Assembly (NCBI GenBank): GCA_965209155.1
Contig: OZ242383.1
Location: 2,464,001 to 2,528,000 of the forward strand
DNA from: a bacterium
GTDB lineage: Bacteria > SAR324 > NAC60-12
DNA length: 64,000 nucleotides
Direction: 5' to 3'
The notes beneath the pieces are model-generated. The model was not told the DNA's origin. It did not search any database and worked only from the letters and a program-made list of their open reading frames with translations. Shown one piece after another: positions 54,494 to 64,000 of this stretch (positions within the stretch are counted from its first letter, which is position 1; each line of letters begins with the position of its first letter). The position numbers and the translations under genes were made by a program.

Positions 54494-56245
54494 CTAATTT
54501 CCATATACGCGGTCCCCTGGGGGCCAGCGAGTGATCGTCACGGGTAAATATTCCATGCGCGGAAGTCCGTCATCGTTCCGGTAGGCCAAGCTGTGCGCTA
54601 AAAATTGTTTATCGTCTCGTTCCGGAAAATCCGTGCGTTGGTGCGAACCGCGTGACTCGGTCCTTTGCAATGCGGATTGGACCACGGCCTCTGCCACGTC
54701 CAACATATATCCCAGTTCGATGGCATTGACCAGCTCCGTATTGAAGGTGAGACTGTGATCGTCCAAGGCGAGATTCAAAAAACGTTCCTGGAGTTCCCGG
54801 ATGGTTTGCTGGGACTGCTCGAGGGAATGCTGTTCCCGGAAAATGCCCGCGCCCTCTTCCATTGCCTGGTGCAACTCCTTTCTCAGGGGAGCAATGCGCT
54901 CTTTCCCTCCTTCCTTCCTGAGAAATTGCCGTTCCACTCGTTTCCTTTCATCAGCCAGCAGAGATTGCAAGTGGGGGCCGGGTAGTTTTTGATCACAGGC
55001 GAAGCGGGCTGCCGCCTTGCCTGCTCGAGCGCCAAAAACCAACAATTCGGTCAGGGAATTGGAGCCCAGCCGGTTGGCGCCATTGATACTGACGCAAGCT
55101 GCCTCCCCTGCAGCATAGAGACCTTCCAGGGGAGTGGCCCCGTGGATGTCGGTATGGATTCCCCCCATCATGTAATGCACGACTGGTCGTACGGGAATCA
55201 TCTCCTTCACCGGGTCGATATTTTCGTACTTCAGACAAAGTTCGCGGACAAAAGGCAATTTGGTGTTGATCACCTCCTCTCCCAAACGACGGAGGTCGAG
55301 ATGGACATAGTGTCCATATTCACCAACAAGCGTCCGCCCTTTCTCTTGTTCCTTGATAAAGGCCTGTGAAAGGCGGTCACGAGGTCCCAGCTCCATGGAA
55401 CGCAGGACGGGTTCCGGTTCCGGCGTCCCCAAATCGTAATCTTGCAAGTAGCGATAACCGTCTTTGTTGAGTAACCACCCTCCTTCCGCACGAGACGCTT
55501 CCGTGATCAGAATTCCGGTAAATGGAAGTCCGGTCGGATGATACTGCACGAACTCCATATCCTTGAGGGGAACGCCGGCCTGGTACGCCAGGGACATCCC
55601 ATCCCCATTTTTGATGTTCGCATTGGTGGTAAATGGGAAGACTTTGCCACAACCTCCCGTACAGACAATGACGGCCCTGGCCAGGATGGCGTGCATTTTT
55701 CCGGTAGCCAGTTCGATCGCGGCCACCCCCTGGCAACGGCCTTCATCGACCAGTAGCCGGGTCACGAAATATTCGTCGTACCGGATGACGGGTTTGTATT
55801 TGAGACTGGTTTGGAACAAGGCGTGAAGCATGTGAAAACCGGTTTTATCGGCAGCATACCAGGTTCGTTTGATTTTCATGCCGCCAAAAGGACGGACAGC
55901 CACGGTGCCGTCCACTTCTCGACTCCAGGGACATCCCCAGTGTTCGAGTTGTAACATTTCCAGGGGCGCTTCATTCACGAAAGCTTCCACCGCATCCTGG
56001 TCACAGAGCCAATCGGCGCCGGAAATCGTATCGTAAGCATGGGCTTCCAAACTGTCATTCGACTTGATAACGGCTGCTGCGCCTCCTTCCGCCGATACGG
56101 TGTGACTGCGCATCGGATACACTTTCGAGACCACGGCGATGCTCAAATTCGCATTCGTTTCGGCAACGGCAATCGCTGCCCTGAGCCCTGCGCCGCCGCC
56201 GCCCACGATCAGAACGTCGTGCGTGTTTGCTTCATACTCGGCCAT
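54494..56245 (-). CDS. frdA: Fumarate reductase flavoprotein subunit
   Basis: [58 protein letters not shown]. Confidence 0.96.
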   Translation of the reverse strand: MAEYEANTHDVLIVGGGGAGLRAAIAVAETNANLSIAVVSKVYPMRSHTVSAEGGAAAVIKSNDSLEAHAYDTISGADWLCDQDAVEAFVNEAPLEMLQLEHWGCPWSREVDGTVAVRPFGGMKIKRTWYAADKTGFHMLHALFQTSLKYKPVIRYDEYFVTRLLVDEGRCQGVAAIELATGKMHAILARAVIVCTGGCGKVFPFTTNANIKNGDGMSLAYQAGVPLKDMEFVQYHPTGLPFTGILITEASRAEGGWLLNKDGYRYLQDYDLGTPEPEPVLRSMELGPRDRLSQAFIKEQEKGRTLVGEYGHYVHLDLRRLGEEVINTKLPFVRELCLKYENIDPVKEMIPVRPVVHYMMGGIHTDIHGATPLEGLYAAGEAACVSINGANRLGSNSLTELLVFGARAGKAAARFACDQKLPGPHLQSLLADERKRVERQFLRKEGGKERIAPLRKELHQAMEEGAGIFREQHSLEQSQQTIRELQERFLNLALDDHSLTFNTELVNAIELGYMLDVAEAVVQSALQRTESRGSHQRTDFPERDDKQFLAHSLAYRNDDGLPRMEYLPVTITRWPPGDRVYGN

Positions 56246-56359
56246 TTACTCTCCTGAGGTCTGTTCCAATACCTTTCCGCCATCGTGCGCTTCCTCTGAA
56301 GCGAAAGAGGCTCCATCCATATTAAAGCTTGCTTAAAATTATGCAAGATAAAAATTAAG

Positions 56360-56505
56360 AAGGCACAAAGGCACAAAGGCACAAAGGCACAAAGGCACAA
56401 AGGCACAAAGGCACGAAGAGAGGCACAAAGGCACAAAGGCACAAAGGCACAAAGGAAGAGAGGCGCCAAGGAGACTCGTGAAGGAACCGAAAACCGATAA
56501 CTGGT
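56360..56505 (+). repeat. Composite AAAGGCAC array, core, heptamers
   Basis: (AAAGGCAC)n then AAGGAGACTCGTGAAGGAAC then CGAAAACCGATAACTGG. Confidence 0.9.
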
Positions 56506-56644
56506 GCATAGGCACAATAAATCGATGAGATAAAGTTGACGCTTATTGAAAATTGGTTGGAATCTGTTAGAGTCTACGAAATCCTTTCACCCTTCACTCA
56601 TGCTGAAATTCCAAAGTGAAGCCTGAATATACCAGAACCTGAAA

Positions 56645-57112
56645 ATGTATAAAATTTGCTTCATTTGGGTGGGTAAAACCCGGGAGGATTACCTGAAAAA
56701 GGCGATCGACCAGTATTTTTCCAAATTACGGCGTGATACGTTTGTCTCGCTTTCAGAAATCAAGCAGGGCCACTATGCTCACGGAAACGAGCGACTTTGG
56801 CGTATCCGAGACACGCAAGCCATCCTGAAAAAACTCCACGTCACCGACACAACGATCGTGCTGGACGAAAGAGGAAAACAAAAAACATCATCGCAATTGG
56901 CTCAATTTCTGGAACAACTCAAAACCACTCAACCCCGCCAGTTGAATTTTGTCGTAGGAGGTCCATTCGGGTTGGAGTTGTCACTCTTTGAAAACCCCAT
57001 CCTTTTGAGCCTTTCCCCCATGACTTTTCCACACCAAATGGTACGATTGATCCTCTTGGAACAAGTTTACCGGGCTTTCAGGATCATCAAGGGTGAACCC
57101 TATCATCATTAG
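56645..57112 (+). CDS. rlmH: 23S rRNA (pseudouridine1915-N3)-methyltransferase, copy 1
   Basis: VGK, LDERGK..SS, FVVGGPFG, LSLSPMTFPHQMVRLILLEQVYRA, GEPYH. Confidence 0.95.
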   Translation: MYKICFIWVGKTREDYLKKAIDQYFSKLRRDTFVSLSEIKQGHYAHGNERLWRIRDTQAILKKLHVTDTTIVLDERGKQKTSSQLAQFLEQLKTTQPRQLNFVVGGPFGLELSLFENPILLSLSPMTFPHQMVRLILLEQVYRAFRIIKGEPYHH

Positions 57113-57400
57113 AAGAGAGGCACAAAGGCACAAAGGCACAAAGGCACAAAGGAAGAGAGGCACAAAGGCACAAAGGCACAAAGGAAGAGAGGCGCAAAGG
57201 CGCAAAGGCACAAAGGCACAAAGGAGACTCGTCAAGGATCTGAAAACCGATCACTGAAAACTGATAACCGATCACTGATAACCGATCACTGGCACAAAGG
57301 CACGAAGGAAGAGAGGCGCCAAGGAGACTCGTGAAGGAACTGATAACTGATTACCGATAACCGAAAATTGGTAACCGATAACCGATAACTGGTGCAAAGG
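57113..57400 (+). repeat. Two consecutive composite octamer/core/heptamer units between the rlmH copies
   Basis: AAAGGCAC arrays, cores at ~57221 and ~57321, GATAAC(T/C) arrays. Confidence 0.9.
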
Positions 57401-57533
57401 CACAATAAAACGATGAGAAAAAAGTTGACGCTTATTGAAAATTGGTTGGAATCTGTTAGAGTCTACGAAATCCTTTCACCCTTCACTCATGCTGAAATTC
57501 CAAAGCGAAGCCTGAATATTCCAGAACCTGAAA

Positions 57534-58001
57534 ATGTATAAAATTTGCTTCATTTGGGTGGGTAAAACCCGGGAGGATTACCTGAAAAAGGCGATCGATC
57601 AGTATTTTTCCAAATTACGGCGTGACACGTTTGTCTCGCTTTCAGAAATCAAGCAAGGCCACTATGCTCACGGAAACGAGCGACTTTGGCGTATCCGAGA
57701 CACGCAAGCCATCCTGAAAAAACTCCACGTCACCGACACAACGATCGTGCTGGACGAAAGAGGAAAACAAAAAACATCATCGCAATTGGCTCAATTTCTG
57801 GAACAACTCAAAACCACTCAACCCCGCCAGTTGAATTTTGTCGTAGGAGGTCCATTCGGGTTGGAGTTGTCACTCTTTGAAAACCCCATCCTTTTGAGCC
57901 TTTCCCCCATGACTTTTCCACACCAAATGGTACGATTGATCCTCTTGGAACAAGTTTACCGGGCTTTCAGGATCATCAAGGGTGAACCCTATCATCATTA
58001 G
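57534..58001 (+). CDS. rlmH: 23S rRNA (pseudouridine1915-N3)-methyltransferase, copy 2 (identical protein)
   Basis: Same translation as 56645..57112. Confidence 0.95.
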   Translation: MYKICFIWVGKTREDYLKKAIDQYFSKLRRDTFVSLSEIKQGHYAHGNERLWRIRDTQAILKKLHVTDTTIVLDERGKQKTSSQLAQFLEQLKTTQPRQLNFVVGGPFGLELSLFENPILLSLSPMTFPHQMVRLILLEQVYRAFRIIKGEPYHH

Positions 58002-58256
58002 AAGAGAGGCACAAAGGCACAAAGGCACAAAGGCACAAAGGCACAAAGGAAGAGAGGCACAAAGGAAGAGAGGCGTTAAGGCATAAAGGAGACTCGTGAA
58101 GGAACTGATAACCGACAACCGATAACGGATAACGGATAAACGATAACTGACAACCGACAACCGGTAACGGATAACGGATAACTGACAACCGATAACTGAC
58201 AACCGTTAACCGATAACGGATAACCGACAACCGATAACTGACAACCGATAACTGAC
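58002..58256 (+). repeat. Composite unit with long heptamer array ending at the next start codon
   Basis: Octamers, core AAGGAGACTCGTGAAGGAAC, about 20 GA(T/C)AAC(T/C/G) heptamers. Confidence 0.92.
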
Positions 58257-59567
58257 ATGAGACGTATCGTCGTATTGGCCGGAGTATTGATCCTTTGCAG
58301 CATCACCGGTTATTTCATGTATTTGAACAACCACAAAGTTCCTTTGGTGTTATTGAGTTCCTATACGCTTCATTTTTCTTTGTGGCTCATCCTTTTCATT
58401 GTGTTTTTCAGTGGATTGTTTTTGGCTTGGTTCTATCAACTCCTTTTTCATCCGGACCGTCTGTTTCAACGGATCAAACAGCGGTGGCTCTATTATCAAA
58501 ACGAAAAATGGGAGCAGAAGCTGCGCGATTTTTATGAAGCCAGCCTGCGTTGTGATTTCAAAGCAATGCGGGCCGTCTTTCGGAGTATGGAGCGTTCCTA
58601 CGAAATCCCCTTGCATACCAGGGTGCATTATTTGAAAAAACAACGCTTCGAAAATTCCAGCGCCTCCGTCCTGGAAGGCTTCCACCAACTCAAACAAAAA
58701 TTTCCGGGCAATTTGCGGGTGCTCCTTCCCTATCAAAAACTGGCGCTTGAAATAAAGGAATGGGCAACCGCCGAATTGCTCAGCCAGGAGATTTTGAACC
58801 TGGAAAAAAACCACCCCGTGGGTCTGGAGGGTTTACGACAGGTCCACCTGCACCGGGAGGAATGGGAAAAATGCCTGCAAGTGGAGGTTCAACTCATCGC
58901 CCGTTTTCCGCGAAGCGTCGTGGCGGAATCATTACTGGCCCGGCATGAAACGCACGTGCTCAAGGGATTGGAACAGAATCCCGGGTTGCTTTCGCAGATC
59001 AACCTGAATCATATTCCCGGCAAAGCGTCTTCGTTCAAGAAATATCATCGGGTGACCCTCATCCTCGCGGAAGCGGAGCAAATGAGCCGAAGCGGGAAAT
59101 ACGAACAAGCCGCCGATTTGCTCAAACGCGCCTATGAAAAAAACGCCGCCCCCGTTTTGTTGGATCGCCTGGATTCCATGTTTTACCAGGCAGGGCTCAG
59201 TCAGAAAGCGCTGGACGTCCTGCGCGATCTCCAGCGTTCTCCTGCGGCAAACCTCTACGTGGACCTGGTACGAGTTCGTATCCACTATAAAATGAATCAC
59301 TTCGATCAAGCCCGTACGGTTTTAAGCAGATTGTCCGGCCAGCACCCCGGACCCTCCGTTTTGTATCACGCTTTGGATTATTTACTCGCCATACGGGAAA
59401 ACGACCCGCTCCGTCTCCGCGATGCCGCCCAATCGCTGCTTCCGGGGAAAGACCTGCTGGAAAATCTCTATTCCTGCAACCAGTGCGGAAGGGTTGGTCC
59501 CTGGCAGTCGGTTTGTGATCGTTGCCACCACCTGTACAGTTACGTTCATCGAGACCATTTAACCTGA
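58257..59567 (+). CDS. LapA/LapB-like protein: N-terminal membrane segments, TPR-like helices, C-terminal rubredoxin-like Cys4
   Basis: Two TM segments around YLNNHKVPL; helical body; YSCNQCG..W.SVCDRC terminus as in LapB. Confidence 0.65.
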   Translation: MRRIVVLAGVLILCSITGYFMYLNNHKVPLVLLSSYTLHFSLWLILFIVFFSGLFLAWFYQLLFHPDRLFQRIKQRWLYYQNEKWEQKLRDFYEASLRCDFKAMRAVFRSMERSYEIPLHTRVHYLKKQRFENSSASVLEGFHQLKQKFPGNLRVLLPYQKLALEIKEWATAELLSQEILNLEKNHPVGLEGLRQVHLHREEWEKCLQVEVQLIARFPRSVVAESLLARHETHVLKGLEQNPGLLSQINLNHIPGKASSFKKYHRVTLILAEAEQMSRSGKYEQAADLLKRAYEKNAAPVLLDRLDSMFYQAGLSQKALDVLRDLQRSPAANLYVDLVRVRIHYKMNHFDQARTVLSRLSGQHPGPSVLYHALDYLLAIRENDPLRLRDAAQSLLPGKDLLENLYSCNQCGRVGPWQSVCDRCHHLYSYVHRDHLT

Positions 59568-59813
59568 GTTCGAGATCAGCATTGAATTAATTCAATACGT
59601 TATGGAATCTTCATATCTGAGAGAAACCGTGTCATTCCTGGCTTGACCCGGAATCCAGTATGCCTTTGTGCCTCTGTGCCTTTGTGCCAGTTAACGGTTA
59701 TCAGTTGTCAGTTATCGGTTATCAGTTCCTTCACGCCACTCCCCTCTTCCCTTTGTGCCTTTGTGCCTTTGTGCCTTCCCTCAGTGTCATTCCCGGCTTG
59801 ACCCGGAATCCAG
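59560..59813. repeat. Family C end, REP-like hairpins and an inverted composite octamer/heptamer unit
   Basis: TAACCTGAGTTCGAGA (supplies the TGA stop of the upstream gene), GTCATTCC(T/C)GGCTTGACCCGGAATCCAG twice, GTGCCTTT and CAGTTAT repeats. Confidence 0.85.
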
Positions 59814-59829
59814 AGGAGCGCAGCTGTCT

Positions 59830-62235
59830 TTAGAAAGTTTCTGCTCCTGCTTCCGAAACCACCGGCTCTTTTTCAAAGACTTTGGAGTCTTTCGCATAGA
59901 TTTTGGGGAAATATTCCAATCCGAAATGCAAAGCCTCCTCCACGTTGACCACTGCCAGAATTTTCAATCCTTGCTTGATTTCATCCGGAATTTCAACCAG
60001 GTCCTTGGCATTGTCCTCGGGGACGAGGACGGTTTGCAGGTTCCCTCGTTTGGCAGCCAACAATTTTTCTTTCAATCCTCCGATTTCCGTCACATGGCCA
60101 CGAAGCGTGATTTCGCCGGTCATGGCCACCTCATGCCGGACGGGGATCTTGGTGAAGGCACTCACGATGGAGGTGATCAGGGGGAGTCCGGCGGAAGGTC
60201 CGTCCTTGGGAATGGCCCCTTCGGGAAGATGGACGTGCAAATCCGTTTTGCTGAAAACCGAACTATCCAATCCCAAAAGAGTGACGTTGGATCGGACGTA
60301 CGAGAAGGCGGCTTGCGCGGATTCCTGCATGACGTCTCCCAACTTTCCGGTTAAGGACAATTTACCGCTTCCCGGCATCAAACTGGCTTCTACGAGCAGC
60401 AATTCTCCTCCCATTGACGTGACTCCCAACCCGACCGTGATGCCCACTTTGCTGGACTCTTCCTTCGTATCGTACTGGTAAGGAGGCACTCCGAGCAATT
60501 TATGCACCAAATTGGGAGTGACGATGAGATTTTTTTCGGATTTCGTACGCACCAGCCTCGTCACGATTTTCCGGCAGATTTTGCCGATTTCCCGTTCCAG
60601 GTTACGAACGCCGGCTTCCCGGGTGTAGCGCTGGATGACTTCACTGATGGCTTTGTGGCGGAATGCGATCTGCTCCGCTTCCACTCCATGAAGCGCGCAT
60701 TGCTTCGGTACCAGGAATTGGGTGGCAATATGATGCTTTTCCAATTCCGAATAGCCGGACAATTCGATGGCCTCCATGCGATCCAGGAGTGGCGATTGAA
60801 TGAACTCCGTGGAATTGGCGGTGCAGATGAATAAAATCTCGGAAAGGTTGTATTCCACCTCCAGGTAATGATCCATGAACGTGTGGTTCTGCTCCGGGTC
60901 CAGCACCTCCAGCAAAGCCGCTGCCGGATCACTCAAGGGACTTTGGTAGACCTTATCGATTTCATCGATCAACAAAACCGGATTGTTGGTTTTGCCTTTG
61001 CGGATCGACTGGATGATTTTGCCCGGCAGCGCGCCAATATACGTGCGTCGATGTCCTCGAATTTCCGCTTCGTCCCGAATGCCTCCCAGACTCATCCTGA
61101 CGAATTGACGATCCAAAGCGCGCGCTACCGATTTGGCCAGGGACGTTTTTCCGACGCCCGGGGGGCCGACTAAACATAAAATCGGCCCTTTCAGCGTCCC
61201 CTTCAAGTGAGCGACGGCAATGTATTCAATAATGCGTTGCTTTACTTTTTCCAAACCATAGTGGTCTTCATCCAGACGTTTTTGCGCGATATCCAAGTCG
61301 AAATTGTCCTTGGTTCTATTCTGCCAGGGCATGGAGACCAGCCATTCCAGGTAGTTGCGTACGACATTCGATTCAGCCGACATGGGAGACATCAGTTTCA
61401 GTTTTTTTAACTCCTTGAGCGCTAATTCCTCGGCCTCCTTCGACATTTTCGCTTTTTTGATGCGATGGGAAAGTTCTTCGATTTCCGTGCGAAATTCGTC
61501 GATCTGTCCCAGTTCTTTCTGGATGGAGTGGAGTTGGTCTTGCAGGTAATCTTCCTTTTGAGAACCCCGGATTTGTTCTTTAGCCTGACTTTTCAAGCGG
61601 TTTTCCAGTTTACTCACTTCGAATTCGTCTTCCAGAATCCGGCAGATCGATTCCAGGCGTTCCCGGATATCCAGACATTCGAGCAAGTCTCGTTTTTGTT
61701 CCCTGCTGGTCTCGAGCAAAGGCACGAGACTATCGGCCAACAAAACCGGCTCCACGCGTTGCAGCGATTCGATTTTTTTCTCGGGAATTTTTTTCTTGCT
61801 GGATTCCTGGTATTTTCCCAGGGCATGCCAGGTTTTTTGCACCAACTCTTCGAATCGCTCCTTATCCGAAATTTGGTCGACAATGGTCTCAACGCGCGCC
61901 AGGTACAATCCTTCGTCCAACTGGGTTTCCAGGATACGGGCGCGGTGCGTTGCTTCAAACAATGCCTTGACGGTTCCATTGGGTAAGCGCATGATTTGCA
62001 AGACCTTGCCAATCGTTCCGATACGGTAGAGATCTTGCTCGGCAGGTGTTTCGGTGGAGGAATTTTTCTGCGTGATCACGAAGATCCGTCGATCGGTCGC
62101 CAAGGCTTTGTCCAGGGCTTCCATGGATGGTTTGCGTCCCACGAAAAAAGGAATGGTCGTTGCCGGAAAAACCACTTCTTCGCGGAGAGGCAACATGGGA
62201 AGTAATTGGGGTCGCAGCACTGAAAATTCGGACAT
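59830..62235 (-). CDS. lon: ATP-dependent Lon protease
   Basis: LPMLPLR..VVFP, LDEDHYGLEKVK, GPPGVGKTS, DEAEIRGHRRTYIGA, PKDGPSAG, IGGLKEK. GGAG RBS before ATG 62235. Confidence 0.97.
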   Translation of the reverse strand: MSEFSVLRPQLLPMLPLREEVVFPATTIPFFVGRKPSMEALDKALATDRRIFVITQKNSSTETPAEQDLYRIGTIGKVLQIMRLPNGTVKALFEATHRARILETQLDEGLYLARVETIVDQISDKERFEELVQKTWHALGKYQESSKKKIPEKKIESLQRVEPVLLADSLVPLLETSREQKRDLLECLDIRERLESICRILEDEFEVSKLENRLKSQAKEQIRGSQKEDYLQDQLHSIQKELGQIDEFRTEIEELSHRIKKAKMSKEAEELALKELKKLKLMSPMSAESNVVRNYLEWLVSMPWQNRTKDNFDLDIAQKRLDEDHYGLEKVKQRIIEYIAVAHLKGTLKGPILCLVGPPGVGKTSLAKSVARALDRQFVRMSLGGIRDEAEIRGHRRTYIGALPGKIIQSIRKGKTNNPVLLIDEIDKVYQSPLSDPAAALLEVLDPEQNHTFMDHYLEVEYNLSEILFICTANSTEFIQSPLLDRMEAIELSGYSELEKHHIATQFLVPKQCALHGVEAEQIAFRHKAISEVIQRYTREAGVRNLEREIGKICRKIVTRLVRTKSEKNLIVTPNLVHKLLGVPPYQYDTKEESSKVGITVGLGVTSMGGELLLVEASLMPGSGKLSLTGKLGDVMQESAQAAFSYVRSNVTLLGLDSSVFSKTDLHVHLPEGAIPKDGPSAGLPLITSIVSAFTKIPVRHEVAMTGEITLRGHVTEIGGLKEKLLAAKRGNLQTVLVPEDNAKDLVEIPDEIKQGLKILAVVNVEEALHFGLEYFPKIYAKDSKVFEKEPVVSEAGAETF

Positions 62236-62265
62236 TTTCTCTCTCCTTGGTGGGGTTGTCTGTGT

Positions 62266-62760
62266 TAACCCGAGTTCGAGATAAGCATTGAATCCATGCA
62301 ATATGTCATGGAATCTTCATCTCTCGGAAAAACCGTGTCATTCCTGGCTTGACCAGGAATCCAGCGGCTTCGCATTGTCGTCTTTCCAATTTAGGCCAAA
62401 TTTATGAAAAAGGCACGCAAAATTAAATGATTCATGGTACGTGCATGGATCTTGCGAAAGACCGATTCTATTTCTGAAGAAGGCACAAAGAAAGAAAGGC
62501 ACAAAGGCACAAAGGCGCGAAGAAAGGCACAAAGGCACAAAGGCACAAAGGCACAAAGGCACAAAGGAAGATTGGCAGAGTGGCGTGAAGGAACTGACCA
62601 CCGCTAAATTATAACCGATCACTGAGAACTAGCGCCAAAGCGCCATGGCACAAAGGCACAAAGGTGGGAAGGCACAAAGGGAAGACACAAAGGGAAGACA
62701 CAAAGGCACAAAGGAGACTCGTGAAGGAACTGATAACTGATCACTGACAACCGATAACCG
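62266..62760. repeat. Family C end with REP-like hairpin (62266-62365) and two composite octamer/core/heptamer units (62479-62760)
   Basis: TAACCCGAGTTCGAGATAAGC; AAAGGCAC arrays; AAGGAGACTCGTGAAGGAACTGATAACTGA. Confidence 0.85.
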
Positions 62761-62778
62761 AAGTTCAATGAAGCGCGT

Positions 62779-63303
62779 TCACTCTCCGGCAAAGCTCATG
62801 AGCGAGAAAACAGGATAAGCGGACAAACGAGCCTTTCCTTCGAGGTCGGGCAAATCGATGACAAAACAACATTCCACCACGCGTCCCCCGGCTTTTTCGA
62901 CAAGACGGCAGGCCGCTTCCATGGTCCCTCCGGTGGCCAGCAGGTCGTCCACCAAAAGCACGTTTTGACCCGTCGCCACCGAATCCACATGCATTTCCAA
63001 ACGGTCTTTCCCATATTCCAACTCATAATCCACTCCGATTGTAGGACCCGGCAATTTACCCGGTTTGCGAATCAAAAGCAGGCCCTTGCGCAATCGATCG
63101 GCCAGGGCCGCTCCCATGACGAATCCGCGGGCTTCGATTCCGGCAACCAAATCGATTGGATGCTCCCGGTAACGCCTTTCCAGGAGATCGAGTGTCATCC
63201 GCAACCCCGATGGATCCAACAAAAGCGTGGTGATGTCTCGAAATTGGATACCCGCCTTGGGAAAATCGGGGATCGTGCGAACCTTGGCTTTCAAAGCTTC
63301 CAT
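62779..63303 (-). CDS. apt: Adenine phosphoribosyltransferase
   Basis: IPDFPKAGIQFRDITTL, GIEARGF, RKPGKLP, YELEYG, VDDLLATGGT. Confidence 0.97.
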   Translation of the reverse strand: MEALKAKVRTIPDFPKAGIQFRDITTLLLDPSGLRMTLDLLERRYREHPIDLVAGIEARGFVMGAALADRLRKGLLLIRKPGKLPGPTIGVDYELEYGKDRLEMHVDSVATGQNVLLVDDLLATGGTMEAACRLVEKAGGRVVECCFVIDLPDLEGKARLSAYPVFSLMSFAGE

Positions 63304-63313
63304 AAAACGCCTT

Positions 63314-64000
63314 CTATTTCAATGGGTGGAGTCGATCGGGCGGGAAAATACCTTTTTCCGTGACGATGCCTGTGATGTATTTGGCAGGAGTGACGTCAAA
63401 GGCCGGGTTTCTGGCAGGGCATGCCGCGGGAGCCGTTCGCACGCGTGAGAAATGCCCGTCTTCGGATAGACCCCAGGTGTACAACACTTCGTCGGGAGAA
63501 CGTTCTTCAATGGGAATCTCCGCGCCAGTGGGACACTCGAAGTCGATGGTGGAAAGCGGAGCGGCGACGTAAAAAGGGATTCCGCATTCGAAGGCAACGA
63601 CCGCCTTCGTGAAAGTCCCGATTTTGTTGGCCACGTCGCCATTGGCTGCGATCCGGTCTGCTCCGACAAACACTTTCTGGATATTGCCTCGAGCCATATA
63701 GTGTCCTGCCGCGTTGTCGGCAATCACGGTATGCGCGATCCCTTCTTGTCCGAGTTCCCATGCCGTCAAACGCGCCCCTTGTCCTCGAGGTCGCGTTTCG
63801 TCGACGAAAACAAAGATCTTTTTGCCGTCCCGGCTGGCCTGGTAAACGGGAGCGATGGCCGTTCCCCAATCCACGCACGCCAACCAGCCCGCATTGCAAT
63901 GCGTCAGGATCGCCTCTCCGTCCTGCAGCAACTCCGCGCCGAATCGTCCGATACTTCGACAGGCTTCCACACTCCCGTCCGCACTGCGCCTGGCCTGGAG
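63314..64000 (-). CDS. mtnA: S-methyl-5-thioribose-1-phosphate isomerase, 5'-truncated by the window edge
   Basis: [60 protein letters not shown]. Confidence 0.95.
   Translation of the reverse strand, partial: LQARRSADGSVEACRSIGRFGAELLQDGEAILTHCNAGWLACVDWGTAIAPVYQASRDGKKIFVFVDETRPRGQGARLTAWELGQEGIAHTVIADNAAGHYMARGNIQKVFVGADRIAANGDVANKIGTFTKAVVAFECGIPFYVAAPLSTIDFECPTGAEIPIEERSPDEVLYTWGLSEDGHFSRVRTAPAACPARNPAFDVTPAKYITGIVTEKGIFPPDRLHPLK

Overview
Bacterial chromosomal window, probably a deltaproteobacterium such as SAR324 (an impression from protein style, not verified). Housekeeping genes flank it: a diheme cytochrome c, pgk and cimA on the left; enoyl-CoA hydratase, ggt, frmA, mfd, ppk1, frdABCD, two rlmH copies, a LapB-like gene, lon, apt and mtnA on the right. 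Between them lies an accessory region (~6.2-42 kb). Its centrepiece is two near-identical ~1,970-1,990 aa regulators: pseudokinase, STAND-like ATPase, helical region, GAF, sigma54 activator, Fis HTH. Their only large-scale difference is the N-terminal cap, and both caps come from mobile elements. One is an integrase arm-type DNA-binding domain, the other an IS1595-family transposase zinc ribbon/HTH; neither keeps its catalytic domain. Each regulator is followed by a different selfish-type gene, then a conserved sigma54 promoter (palindromic UAS pair, IHF site, -24/-12). The first promoter precedes an intact uptake/oxidation operon; the second precedes a collapsed relic of it. Also present: a four-helix-bundle gene in perfect 20-bp inverted repeats, two toxin-antitoxin pairs, a second SBP/dioxygenase/ABC cluster, and at least four intergenic repeat families. 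I found no rRNA, tRNA or CRISPR array.
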